Below, piece by piece: positions 11,339-21,093 of a stretch of DNA of 64,000 bases. The notes under the pieces are model-generated. The model did no database searches, was not told where the DNA came from, and was given only the letters and a program-made list of their open reading frames with translations. The position numbers were made by a program, and so were the translations under genes. The stretch is from Naegleria gruberi (Eukaryota): NCBI GenBank assembly GCA_000004985.1, contig GG738886.1. One strand, given 5' to 3'. Every line of letters begins with the position of its first letter. Position 1 is the stretch's first letter.

Positions 11339-11848
11339 GTCACTATCATCATTCTTTGCCATATCTTTCACTGCATCAACGGTAGTGCCATTGTAAACAG
11401 TAATATTCCACAATCGTTTGGAACATTGGTTGATGGTTTGGAAGGTGATTTGCTTCTTCTTATTGTATTGTGTGATTATAGAAGCATCTCTCATCAGCTC
11501 ACCCAACAGTTGATCAAACATTTCTCTTGCCTTTTCATAAACGTCTGCTGAAATTCTCTTGCATCCATGAATTTTGGCAATTTTCTGGATTGACGCCTTC
11601 TTTAAAATTCCTTTTGGTTTCTCCTTCTCAGGTTCAGTCTTCTCACTACTAGATTTTCTAATGGATTTTGATGGGGTAGATGTTGCAGATGTTTTCTTCT
11701 CCGGTTTTGGTGCCTTTGCACTTGAAGATGATGCTGTAGGTGTTGTCTTTGGTGTGGTTATTGTGTCCTTGCTTGATTTTTTGGCCTTCGGAGTGGTTGT
11801 TTCTGGTTTCACAGTTTGAGGGTGTCTTGGACTCTTTTGTGCTTGCTT
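11303..11848 (-). CDS. Divergent histone H2B-like protein (about 181 aa) with a Lys/Pro/Thr-rich N-terminal tail and an acidic C-terminal tail
   Basis: The first ATG is at 11848 (MPPKQAQKSPRHPQTVKPE...). The core ISADVYEKAREMFDQLLGELMRDASIITQYNKKKQITFQTINQCSKRL aligns to the H2B fold [47 protein letters not shown], sharing the I-S..F..AS..YNK..IT..I..RL landmarks. It lies alone, not in a histone cluster. Confidence 0.5.
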   Translation of the reverse strand, partial: KQAQKSPRHPQTVKPETTTPKAKKSSKDTITTPKTTPTASSSSAKAPKPEKKTSATSTPSKSIRKSSSEKTEPEKEKPKGILKKASIQKIAKIHGCKRISADVYEKAREMFDQLLGELMRDASIITQYNKKKQITFQTINQCSKRLWNITVYNGTTVDAVKDMAKNDDSDYSTDYCSDADE

Positions 11849-12079
11849 TGGAGGCATTTTTTTAATTTGTTTTTGATGGCAAAAGTTATTTTTGTTCTTG
11901 TAGAAATTCGAACCAAAAACATGGATTTTTGTTTTGGAAACAAACTTGTGCGATAAACAAGCCATTGTGATTAATAGTACTTTCCTTATGTGTGGAAGCA
12001 CAACAGTTAGCACCAGTGAAAACAATGAGGATTTTTACCTGAAGTTTTACAATGAAAATAAAGTGCTGTGATAAAAAGT

Positions 12080-15000
12080 TTATTCGTAAACCTCAGCAAA
12101 GATAGTGTTGGAACGACCAAATATTTCTGGTGAGTACATTTCTTCACATTTGGTTGGTGGAATAATGAAGGATCCGATTTGAGTGGCACGACACAAATGT
12201 TTGAAAGTGTGAGTTCCTTCCCAGAGCAAACTGGAGAATGCTTCAACACGTTCATCTCTACTATTGACATGTTCATACCATGGATAGTTCCACCAACATC
12301 TAGATTTCTTAACTTCACCTGAAGGAGCGTTACCTTTCAATTCAGGATTAATTGGTTCCAAACCAGCAGGTAAAAAGTCAACCAAAGCAACATGATAACG
12401 TCTACTGGTATTAGTGAATGTAATGATAACTCTAACCAATTCACCAGCTTTAAATTTCCAACAGTTTCTTGCCTTATCAAATTGAGCATGAGATGGATCA
12501 GTAACACCCTCATAGCTTCTCTCAATTTGGAATCCATAATCAAGAGCTGGTAATAATAAATTCTTAGGAGCATAGTCCATTCCAATTCTATAGTACAATC
12601 TACCAGGACCTTCCTTCAAGATGGCCAATGTTTGTGCACCTTCAGTGGTAGTAAGTTGTCTCATTGGAATAGTAAGAACATTTTCATCCTTATTTCTTCC
12701 CTTGAAAACTTGTTCTCCACAATAATCTTCTCCAAGCCACATCTTGGCAGTGAAATCAGGAGTGACACCTTCAAAGACATGGAAATAACTGTTGAGAGCA
12801 AGAAGGATGAAAACATTTTCTTGAGTATTGCCCCATCTTCCCTTCTTCTTATGAGCTAAAAGTCCCTTGACAACCTTTGGAATGAGATTATTTTGTGGTA
12901 CCATATGAATGAGCATTTCCAAACAAATTCCATCAGTTCTTCTATCACTGTGCAACATGATAAGCTTGCTGCTTTGCTCATCTCCATAGCTTGTAACAAA
13001 GTTGGCTGTTTGAGCAGTTTCATTGACTCTCATTAAAATATAATTCACAATTTCAGTCGATTTTGTTGTGGCTTCCTTTCCATTGGCAAAGAACATTGCT
13101 GAAGCAGTCCAAGACAAAGTTTCAAGACAAGTATCCTTCAATCCACATTCTGAATATAATTGGTCAGCTTTTTGTTTGGCTCTTGAATCTCCCAATAGGG
13201 CGGCAACATAATAAGCATATGATCTAATGGCATATTTTGATGAAGGAGAGTAATATGTATCACGAATATAATTCTCAATATCACAGAGGAAATTAGTGAG
13301 TTTGGAAACAACATTATTATTGAGAGAATAACCTGCAATCTTGGCTCTAGCAAAGGCATGACCTACGTGGCAAGAAAGGTAAGGACTGACTGAATAATCA
13401 CTTCTGTAAGTCCACCATCCGAATCCACCATTTGGAAATTGTCTTCCATTCAAAATACCCAACGATAATTGTACAGTAGAGTTAAGCATAATTGAGCTTG
13501 GAATATCCTTGACCTTGAATGCTTGAAGTACATCCTTGAGAGCAACAATTGATAAAATCTTACTTGACAATTGTTCACAACATTCAAAGGAATAGTTGTA
13601 AACATAAAGGAAGGCATCAGTCAAGGCAGACAATGCTGTACTACTGGTAGTGATTTGTAAGCCACCAAATTGAGGATAGATATTTTCTGGAGCCTTAACT
13701 GGTTGGAATGTAGTGCAATCACCATCCAATTCACCATAATGAGCAAATGCTTCTGTGGTTGCTGGTGTGAATACTCTGAGTTCCTTTTCAACAGCATCAG
13801 AAAAGTTGATCAATTCGGAAACAGAAACAGCAACTTGGAATTTAGAAATACCAACCTTGGTTGCTTGCATTGGGAATCTCAATTCAGCTCTCTTAAGAGC
13901 AGGGATTTTAACATTCAAACCTCTCTTGGATGGATCCAACAATTCGAGTCCATCATAGGCAACAGCAATATGAACATTCAAATCAATAAGGGTTTGATTT
14001 TGTAAAACACAAGCAAATTCTGCCTTATCACCAAAGTTCAAAAATCTTGGAAGGGAAGGTCTAATTGCTAGTGGCAATTGTGCAACAATTGAAGATTCTC
14101 CCAAGCCGTACAAACTATCTAGTTTGGTAGAAACAGCTGTAATTCTGTATCTCGTCAAATTGTCAGGTAATTTGAATGGCACTCTGGCCTTGCCTTGAGC
14201 ATCTGTTACACATACTGGACTAAAGACAGCAACTGGATTGAAATTCTTTCTGACAACAATGGCAGATCCAACTTCCTCACCTCCTTCACATCCACCAGCA
14301 TCGTCATTACATTCTTCGCACTCTTTTTCCTCACATCTCTTTTTGGATTTCTTACAACTTTTCCTTTCTTGCACTTCTTCTTGGCAATCACAATCATCAT
14401 AACAACAACAGGAACGACATAAACATCCTTCACACTTGCAACATTCACATTCATCATCATCACATTCTTCCTCATCAGAACTATCTTCAGGAGGAGATTG
14501 AATGTTGATATTATCAAAACTCTTGACAAATACGTGGTCTCTCAATGAGAACTCTGAGAAGCTTTGGCCAGTACCAACTATGAATGTGCTCAAAGGATTA
14601 GATATTCTATAGCCAGTCAATGAAAGAACAGCTTCATCAACAGCAACGAGACAAACCTCACTTCCAGCTTGTGGTTTAGAGTTTTCCTTGTCAGTTACCA
14701 AAACATCAACAAAGGTCTCAACACCTGGAGTAACAAATTGCTTCTCTGGAGTGACCAATACATCGAGTTGATGCACTTTGGATGAGACACCAATATAACA
14801 AGTTCCATTTGCGTACGCAGGTTGTTTTGGGAGGTCGAGAGGTAATCCAAGAGAATCACTTCTTGATTCACTACCTTGGAGCATTACACTAACTGTTACA
14901 TTTGGAATGTGTTCTTTGGTAATTTTGAGAGTGAATTCAGTTGATCCAACTTCTGGATCAATGGTGATTGGAATATTATCGATTACAGAATTGAGGCAAA

Positions 15001-18000
15001 CAGTAACAACACCATTAGCCTTACCGTCGAATGGAGATTGAATCAAAATTTTGGCTTCTTCTCCAATTTCATACATTCCTTTGTCTGCAACCAAGAGGGC
15101 TTGTTGCTTTGAAAGTCTTGAACCAACAACATCCTTCTTTGATTTACCACCAGTTACGTATAGGGAGTTATTTGAAGAGTTAGTTAAACCGGTTTCTGTA
15201 TCCTTAATTCTCAATGTGAACTTGTAGTTACCACCCTTATCGAAACTAATAGGATATTTGACTGGTTCAGATTCAGACTTGAATACCTTCTTGAAAACTT
15301 CAACAGATTCATGAACAACACTGAACCCCTTCTTCTTTTCAACGGTTGTTGTAGCAACCAGTTCCATATCAATACCAGGAATAGTATTACCTTCAAGATC
15401 AGTGGTAACCATGAATAAATTGGTTTGAACATTTGGTTTAACAAACATCTTTTCAATCTTCATTCCACAATAATATTTGCAAGGGTGAACAGTAAATGTA
15501 GTGGAATCATTAATAGTTTGACGATTAATATCTTGAACCGATGTTTCAACAGTAATGTTCATTGGAGATTTCTCTTGTCTTTCGGTTTCATCGAAGAGGA
15601 TTGCAATTTCATGTTCACCATCAGAATTACAAACACCTTCAAATGTAACTGGTTTGTAATTTTCACTTCCATAAGTATCATAACACCAATAACGATAAAA
15701 TGGATTTGAGATGTAAGTGGAGAAGTTGAAACCAGAAAAGTTTGGTGGGGTATAACTTGTCTTTGATTGTTTGATAACATAGGAACACTTTGAACCAGAG
15801 AGACCTCCACCTGAGTAGTATGCTGCTTGGGTCTTGAGAATTGTTAAGTTATTAACAATATATCTGCATGGTGGGACAGATGTTGAGACTGTAAATTCTG
15901 GAGTACGGAACTCTTGTACATTAAAGTTTGTATGCATTGTCCTACCGTTGAACTCAATGGAATGAGAGCCCAAGTTAACATTGTCTGGAATTGAAAACTT
16001 AATATCAAAGGAACCATGTTCTGAGATGGTGTATTTTCCAGTGTGATATTTTGCACCTCTAGAATCTTTAACAATGTATTCATAAGTTCCCTTTTTTGGT
16101 AGAGTTGGAATAGTTCTTGATCCGTACTTTTCAACCTTGAGTTCTCTACAAATACCCTTGATGAAAATCTCTTCTCCAGGTTTATAGAGTCCTCTATCGT
16201 TGAAAATATTATATGCTAATCTATCATCAATTCTGTAGTGATAAAGGTATAAATCTGGAATAAAGCAGGTATCATTCAAATAAGATCCAATCAGTGTATA
16301 TTCACTTCCGTTTGAGGTGTGACTAAGAACAGCAATTCCTGTTTCAGAGTCTGGTTTTGTGCTAAATGATGGAAGGAATTTCTTTTGTTTGAAACTAACA
16401 TCAGATTTGATGACAGTTCCATCAATTAAAGAATTGGCCCAACAGTAAACATTACCTGTTCGTGTATCGAAAAAGCCATCCATTGCCATCTTTGTCACCT
16501 GAATCCAGGAAATGTAAACTGGTCTGTATTTCCAATTATCTTTCCAATGTGTTTTGGATGGTTCAACTGCAACCAAAAGTTGACCTAACATGTCATTTGG
16601 ATGTTGTAAGTATTGGGTCAAGTCAATTTCTGTATCAACTGGTTCATCTGGTTGACCATTGGTATTTACCATAGTGTCAAGAACTTTTTTTCCAGAAAGA
16701 GATAATGTTGCATTGGAATAAGCATCATAGTAGAAAACATTGTTTGAATAATCACCTGGTTTAACTTGATAAACTTGGACATGGATAGCTTCAAGATTTA
16801 CACTGAATACGGAGAAGGATGGTTTAGTATTGACAGTAGGATCAATAACCATCATTCCGGTCTTGTAGGCTTGTAAAGATTGAGCTGCTGGTCCAACTTG
16901 GAAAGTAAAGTTATTTTCTCCTGCAAGTTTTTGTCCCCAAACATCTGTTATTTGACCAGAGAGTTGAACTTGGTATGTGGTACGTCCCTTAATATTACCA
17001 GATATTGTCAAGTAATTTCCAGATGGATTAATACGTAATCTTTCAATAGGTGGTTGAATACTTATATGTTCCTCATTTAATAATTCAATATCAATATTAT
17101 TACTAAATGTGAAAGAGAATGGTTCCAATGGAAGCTTTCCACCAGTATGGGAAGTAACTTTGAATTCTGGATAGTTTGTAGCTGTGAAGGAAATATCTTT
17201 TTCTGTTCTCAAAGGACCTTCAATAGATCTGGCTCCTTGCAATAATGTTATAGCGAGGGTTTCTGACAGGGCTACTCTCCTACTTGCTACATCAATTTCA
17301 ATCCAAACATGTCTATTTGGAGCAGAATTTTCCAATTTGTAATTTACAGAATTGTACAATGAGGATGATCTCTTTTCCAATGAAGATTCTTTAAGCTTTC
17401 CTTCAATATAACTCTTTACAACTGAAGTACGGCCATCATTTTGAACCAGCTTGCAAGAGTATCCAGGTATATTTACACTAGAAAAGATTTGGTTTGGATC
17501 AATATCTTGATCAAACTCCATATAAACAAATGGAAATTCGTTAATTGGAACTGCATGGTAACTATTTGGAAGATAGTTGAGCATTGTCAATCTAGGTGTT
17601 TCAAATTTAAAGGAAACATTCTTATCCAATACTCCTCCAACACTAGACTTGGTTTTTTCACAATCAATAGTGACTGTGTATTCCGTAGACATGTCAAATC
17701 TATAATTTGGTTCAAAGAATAAAGTCTTTGCACCCATCCATCTAAATCTACCACCATTCTTTGGGAATGGTTCAATTTTTACAAAAGAAAAATCTTGATC
17801 ATGAACATCTTCAACACCAGACACAGCAACCATTGGCTGAGAGAATGTGATGGAAATATGTGGCACTGATCGATCAACTGGACCTTCTGGCAAATATCTC
17901 ACCACTGCCAAACTTGATCCCAACAATGCTTCTTCTTCCTTTCTCACTTGTTCTGGTTTTTCCAATTTCTCTTCTGGTGGGAATGGAATTTCATTAACAT

Positions 18001-18379
18001 CAGCACTTCTTGGAGGTTTGAGGGTTTTTTCTCTCATGAAAAAGTCACCTTCTTCTGATGTTGATTTTTGAATTTGTGGCAATCTGGCCAATAATTTCTC
18101 TGTCAATTCATCACCAAGAGATTCAACACTTGCACCACTCTTTTGATCCTCATCCTTCTTGACAGAAGTTGCCTTTGATCCAAGTAAAATCATGGCAGTA
18201 GAATCTTCAGGTGTTGGCTCCCTAACATGAATATTCAACCCAACAGTGTAATCTTCATTATTTGCACCAAGAATGCTTGTCTCACTGCAAGGTTCCTCCT
18301 CTTCATAATCCATATCATCATCATAAAACACCATTTTCTCTCCTATTAAAATTAAATAAAAATTATAATTATCAATCAA
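12080..18379 (-). CDS. Alpha-2-macroglobulin / thioester-containing protein family member (2,099 codons from the TTG at 18379; 2,084 aa from the first ATG at 18334), single exon
   Basis: Uninterrupted 6.3-kb ORF. The thioester-region motif is YNYSFECCEQLSS (nt ~13571-13585), cf. PYGCGEQNM. The thioester-domain (TED) motif is RQFPNGGFGWW (cf. RQxDGSFxxW). The C-terminal motif is VALVDFLPAGLEPINPEL, which I recall as typical of bacterial-type A2Ms. A 17-Cys acidic insertion lies at nt ~14275-14500. No signal peptide follows the first ATG. Confidence 0.85.
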   Translation of the reverse strand: MIDNYNFYLILIGEKMVFYDDDMDYEEEEPCSETSILGANNEDYTVGLNIHVREPTPEDSTAMILLGSKATSVKKDEDQKSGASVESLGDELTEKLLARLPQIQKSTSEEGDFFMREKTLKPPRSADVNEIPFPPEEKLEKPEQVRKEEEALLGSSLAVVRYLPEGPVDRSVPHISITFSQPMVAVSGVEDVHDQDFSFVKIEPFPKNGGRFRWMGAKTLFFEPNYRFDMSTEYTVTIDCEKTKSSVGGVLDKNVSFKFETPRLTMLNYLPNSYHAVPINEFPFVYMEFDQDIDPNQIFSSVNIPGYSCKLVQNDGRTSVVKSYIEGKLKESSLEKRSSSLYNSVNYKLENSAPNRHVWIEIDVASRRVALSETLAITLLQGARSIEGPLRTEKDISFTATNYPEFKVTSHTGGKLPLEPFSFTFSNNIDIELLNEEHISIQPPIERLRINPSGNYLTISGNIKGRTTYQVQLSGQITDVWGQKLAGENNFTFQVGPAAQSLQAYKTGMMVIDPTVNTKPSFSVFSVNLEAIHVQVYQVKPGDYSNNVFYYDAYSNATLSLSGKKVLDTMVNTNGQPDEPVDTEIDLTQYLQHPNDMLGQLLVAVEPSKTHWKDNWKYRPVYISWIQVTKMAMDGFFDTRTGNVYCWANSLIDGTVIKSDVSFKQKKFLPSFSTKPDSETGIAVLSHTSNGSEYTLIGSYLNDTCFIPDLYLYHYRIDDRLAYNIFNDRGLYKPGEEIFIKGICRELKVEKYGSRTIPTLPKKGTYEYIVKDSRGAKYHTGKYTISEHGSFDIKFSIPDNVNLGSHSIEFNGRTMHTNFNVQEFRTPEFTVSTSVPPCRYIVNNLTILKTQAAYYSGGGLSGSKCSYVIKQSKTSYTPPNFSGFNFSTYISNPFYRYWCYDTYGSENYKPVTFEGVCNSDGEHEIAILFDETERQEKSPMNITVETSVQDINRQTINDSTTFTVHPCKYYCGMKIEKMFVKPNVQTNLFMVTTDLEGNTIPGIDMELVATTTVEKKKGFSVVHESVEVFKKVFKSESEPVKYPISFDKGGNYKFTLRIKDTETGLTNSSNNSLYVTGGKSKKDVVGSRLSKQQALLVADKGMYEIGEEAKILIQSPFDGKANGVVTVCLNSVIDNIPITIDPEVGSTEFTLKITKEHIPNVTVSVMLQGSESRSDSLGLPLDLPKQPAYANGTCYIGVSSKVHQLDVLVTPEKQFVTPGVETFVDVLVTDKENSKPQAGSEVCLVAVDEAVLSLTGYRISNPLSTFIVGTGQSFSEFSLRDHVFVKSFDNINIQSPPEDSSDEEECDDDECECCKCEGCLCRSCCCYDDCDCQEEVQERKSCKKSKKRCEEKECEECNDDAGGCEGGEEVGSAIVVRKNFNPVAVFSPVCVTDAQGKARVPFKLPDNLTRYRITAVSTKLDSLYGLGESSIVAQLPLAIRPSLPRFLNFGDKAEFACVLQNQTLIDLNVHIAVAYDGLELLDPSKRGLNVKIPALKRAELRFPMQATKVGISKFQVAVSVSELINFSDAVEKELRVFTPATTEAFAHYGELDGDCTTFQPVKAPENIYPQFGGLQITTSSTALSALTDAFLYVYNYSFECCEQLSSKILSIVALKDVLQAFKVKDIPSSIMLNSTVQLSLGILNGRQFPNGGFGWWTYRSDYSVSPYLSCHVGHAFARAKIAGYSLNNNVVSKLTNFLCDIENYIRDTYYSPSSKYAIRSYAYYVAALLGDSRAKQKADQLYSECGLKDTCLETLSWTASAMFFANGKEATTKSTEIVNYILMRVNETAQTANFVTSYGDEQSSKLIMLHSDRRTDGICLEMLIHMVPQNNLIPKVVKGLLAHKKKGRWGNTQENVFILLALNSYFHVFEGVTPDFTAKMWLGEDYCGEQVFKGRNKDENVLTIPMRQLTTTEGAQTLAILKEGPGRLYYRIGMDYAPKNLLLPALDYGFQIERSYEGVTDPSHAQFDKARNCWKFKAGELVRVIITFTNTSRRYHVALVDFLPAGLEPINPELKGNAPSGEVKKSRCWWNYPWYEHVNSRDERVEAFSSLLWEGTHTFKHLCRATQIGSFIIPPTKCEEMYSPEIFGRSNTIFAEVYE

Positions 18380-18573
18380 AAGAATGTTGCTGTATTTTTT
18401 TTGATCTGTTGGGAGTTGGAGATCGGCACCTATTTTATGCCTGTTCGGATGAACTTGTGTGGATAAGGAGGCGAACAGGGAATCATTAAAAGGAAGAACA
18501 TAATGAGCATTTCAAGATGTAATAACTCTCATTGTGTGAATGGCACACTGAGAGTAATTGATGAACGAAAAAT

Positions 18574-19699
18574 CTATTCTAAAGGTAGTCTATAAACAAA
18601 GTTATCTATTGCTGCCTGGTATCGTAGACGGTCTTGCTGAGATTGTTCTTCATAGTATTGTAATTGTTGTGTGGAGAGTTTTTCCCATGCAGCAGAGATT
18701 TCTGAATAATCAATATCCCATGTTGGATTGATTTTTCTCTTCTCTTCTGTGTACTCTTCGGTAAAGACAAGAAATGGAGCTCTAATGAAATGGGTTCTCA
18801 TTAAATAGGAAGCTTTGTCTTTTCTTGATTCTGGAATGAGTGCCATGTGCAAGTCATTGAATAATTTCACTGGTTGAGTGATTAATCCATTACAATTAGG
18901 TGATCCTGTAATTTGTAAAAAATCTGATAGTAATTTCTCATTTTGAATTTCCATATTACTAAAGGTTGCATGAGTAAGGAAGACGTTAGTTATTACGCCA
19001 TAAAATTCACCATTATCCCTCATGCAGACCAAAAATCGATGAGTACAGAGGAAACAAAATCCAACCCTGAATACATTTTGTAATCTCCACTCTTTTAACA
19101 CAAGTTTCAATTTTTCTTTTTCATCATCTAACAAGGCACCAATTGTTAATTTCATAGTTTCATCAAGATCTTTCAGTCCTATCTTTTTCAAACTCGCAAT
19201 TAAACTCAATACTTTCCAATAAAAATGTTCTTTCCAAGAATATCCCAATAAACTCAATTTTTTCACAGCAGATGAATCTTCCAATATGTTGAAAATTTCT
19301 CCTAATGGCATTGGAGATCCTGCAGACAAATCAACTCGTTGATAATTATCCAAATCACATCCAATCCTATCAAGAGAAAGTAATGGGAACTCTTCACTCA
19401 AATTCTCAACATGACACACAATATTAGAAAAGTAATATTTGCAAAACTGCTCACTCGTAATAAAGTCATTCCACTTCCGACAGACCATTCTACACGGATC
19501 AGTATTTAATGATGATGATTTAGAAACTTCTTCATGATCGGAATTCTGAATTAGTAAATGAATAAATCGATAGCTATATAAAATATTATTGATATGAAAT
19601 AAATACTAACACACAATAACAATTCACACGGATGAAAATATGTAAAGACATGAACAATAATTTCATCTTGTTCAAACCAGGCCTTTGCTTGCTGTTCCA
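18574..19699 (-). CDS. F-box domain protein (353 aa), 2 exons: 19699..19610, 19545..18574
   Basis: Exon 1 is MEQQAKAWFEQDEIIVHVFTYFHPCELLLC. The intron is 19609-19546 (GTTAGT...TTCAG, 64 nt), phase 0. Exon 2 continues NSDHEE...CRMVCRKWNDFITSEQF. The F-box spans the intron. Confidence 0.7.
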
Positions 19700-19857
19700 T
19701 TTTATTATTGTTGCTTTTCCAAGAGCGCCCAAAGTTTTCTCGTTGTTACCGTTACTATTTTTTAATTTTTAAATTTTTAAAAAAAACCTACATCATCAAA
19801 TGAAGCTTGAGGAGTACATGTTCATCATCATTCCAAGATGTGTGGAGTAAAAAGAAG

Positions 19858-20751
19858 TTATTGTAGGGAGCATCGCTTTTTCTTTCTTTTTGGTACAGAT
19901 ATTGCATGAGTCATTAATGCTGATTTTATACACAACTCTACAAACTGTGTCATAATTTCATCACCATCCTCCAATGATGAAATTTCATAATAGGTCAGGC
20001 ATTTGTGTTCCTTACAAAACTTGATAGCATTCTGTACAGTAACATCATCCTCTTTGGTTTTTAAATCCTTTTGAGTTCCTAATATTAACATTGGAGTGTG
20101 TGGCATGTAGTGATTGGCGTAGGGAAGCCACTTTGATTTGATTCTTTCTAAACCGTATACACGTCTGAATGGGAATGTTGCCACAAAGAGATCACTTCCA
20201 AACATTAAGAGAGGAATCATTCGTTCATAATCCATATCAGAAACATCTACAAAATCAATACAGAACTTTCTTCCCTCAATGGAAATGTGATATTGGAATT
20301 GATTATCTAAATTGTATTTACCCAACCTCTTCAATAGATCGGTTACACCAGAATGGTGATCACCTAAAACAGCCACTTTGAAATGAGGTAGTGGACATTT
20401 CAATTCTTCCACTGATTTTTGTAAAATTTTGTCATAGCTTTCGTATTCATAATTTTCAGTAAATTTCAATAATTCCATTCCACACACTTGCAAATAGTGA
20501 AGATAATAATTTTCTTTCGGATCTTCTTTCATTAAAATAGAATAGTGGCATGCATATCCATATTCCAATACTGGTTTTACTTTCGAATAATTTTCCAATT
20601 TCCTATCGTAATGTTTCTTCCACAATAAATCACTCGATCCAATCACATAAAACTCCTTACAAACCATCATGTAATTCACCAAACTCTTCACATTAATAAA
20701 CGAACAAATCAGCATCCACTCATCATTCGAAACACGTTGATGATGATTCAT
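19858..20751 (-). CDS. F-box + degenerate Rho/Ras-like small GTPase domain + polybasic CAAX (KRKKKRCSLQ), about 297 aa
   Basis: The first ATG is at 20751 (MNHHQRVSNDEWMLICSFINVKSLVNYMMVCKEFYVI..LLWKKHY, F-box-like). A GTPase-like core follows: VAVLGDHHSGVTDL (P-loop without Lys), DVSDMDYERM (in place of DTAGQE), LGTQKDL (NKxD retained) and a C-terminal CAAX box. Confidence 0.7.
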   Translation of the reverse strand: MNHHQRVSNDEWMLICSFINVKSLVNYMMVCKEFYVIGSSDLLWKKHYDRKLENYSKVKPVLEYGYACHYSILMKEDPKENYYLHYLQVCGMELLKFTENYEYESYDKILQKSVEELKCPLPHFKVAVLGDHHSGVTDLLKRLGKYNLDNQFQYHISIEGRKFCIDFVDVSDMDYERMIPLLMFGSDLFVATFPFRRVYGLERIKSKWLPYANHYMPHTPMLILGTQKDLKTKEDDVTVQNAIKFCKEHKCLTYYEISSLEDGDEIMTQFVELCIKSALMTHAISVPKRKKKRCSLQ

Positions 20752-20857
20752 TTTTTTGTTATCAAATTTCAACTGTCCTTTTTCTTTCTTCCAAAACTAA
20801 TTGATCTTGTAATTATTATTGATTTGAATTGTAAAATTAAGATTTATTAGCAAAAAA

Positions 20858-21061
20858 ATGAAAAGAAAGGTGGAATGCATCGAATCAGGCAGAGAGAATG
20901 ATACTTCGGAAGTTTATCAACCTAAGCAACAGTATAGAAAATTAACTTCCACTTCATCTCCTTCTGCCTCGACATTATCTACTTCTTCATCGGGGATTGT
21001 TGGGAATTCTTGTCATAATAATTATTTATTTGATGATGAATTTAATATAATGGATCGGTGA
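20858..21061 (+). CDS. Small Ser/Thr-rich ORF (67 aa), status uncertain
   Basis: It has an ATG start but no domain. It could be a uORF or small gene upstream of the DUF4116 gene. No splice joining it to the downstream ORF could be constructed. Confidence 0.2.
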   Translation: MKRKVECIESGRENDTSEVYQPKQQYRKLTSTSSPSASTLSTSSSGIVGNSCHNNYLFDDEFNIMDR

Positions 21062-21093
21062 CTGTAATTTTGAGTGATTTCTTGTTGAGAGGA

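Noticed and set aside
12337-18071. Numerous 60-120-aa ORFs on both strands inside the A2M gene (e.g. 13670-14005, 14195-14529, 15425-15810, 17441-17775)
   Set aside because: They are embedded in or antisense to a 6.3-kb continuous ORF with clear family motifs. They are AT-rich chance ORFs.
18432-18514. Hydrophobic 26-codon ORF (MLIMFFLLMIPCSPPYPHKFIRTGIK*) as a signal-peptide exon of the A2M gene
   Set aside because: It is out of frame with the main ORF, and no GT-AG join gives an open frame. It is kept only as a note, a possible indel at the adjacent A8 run.
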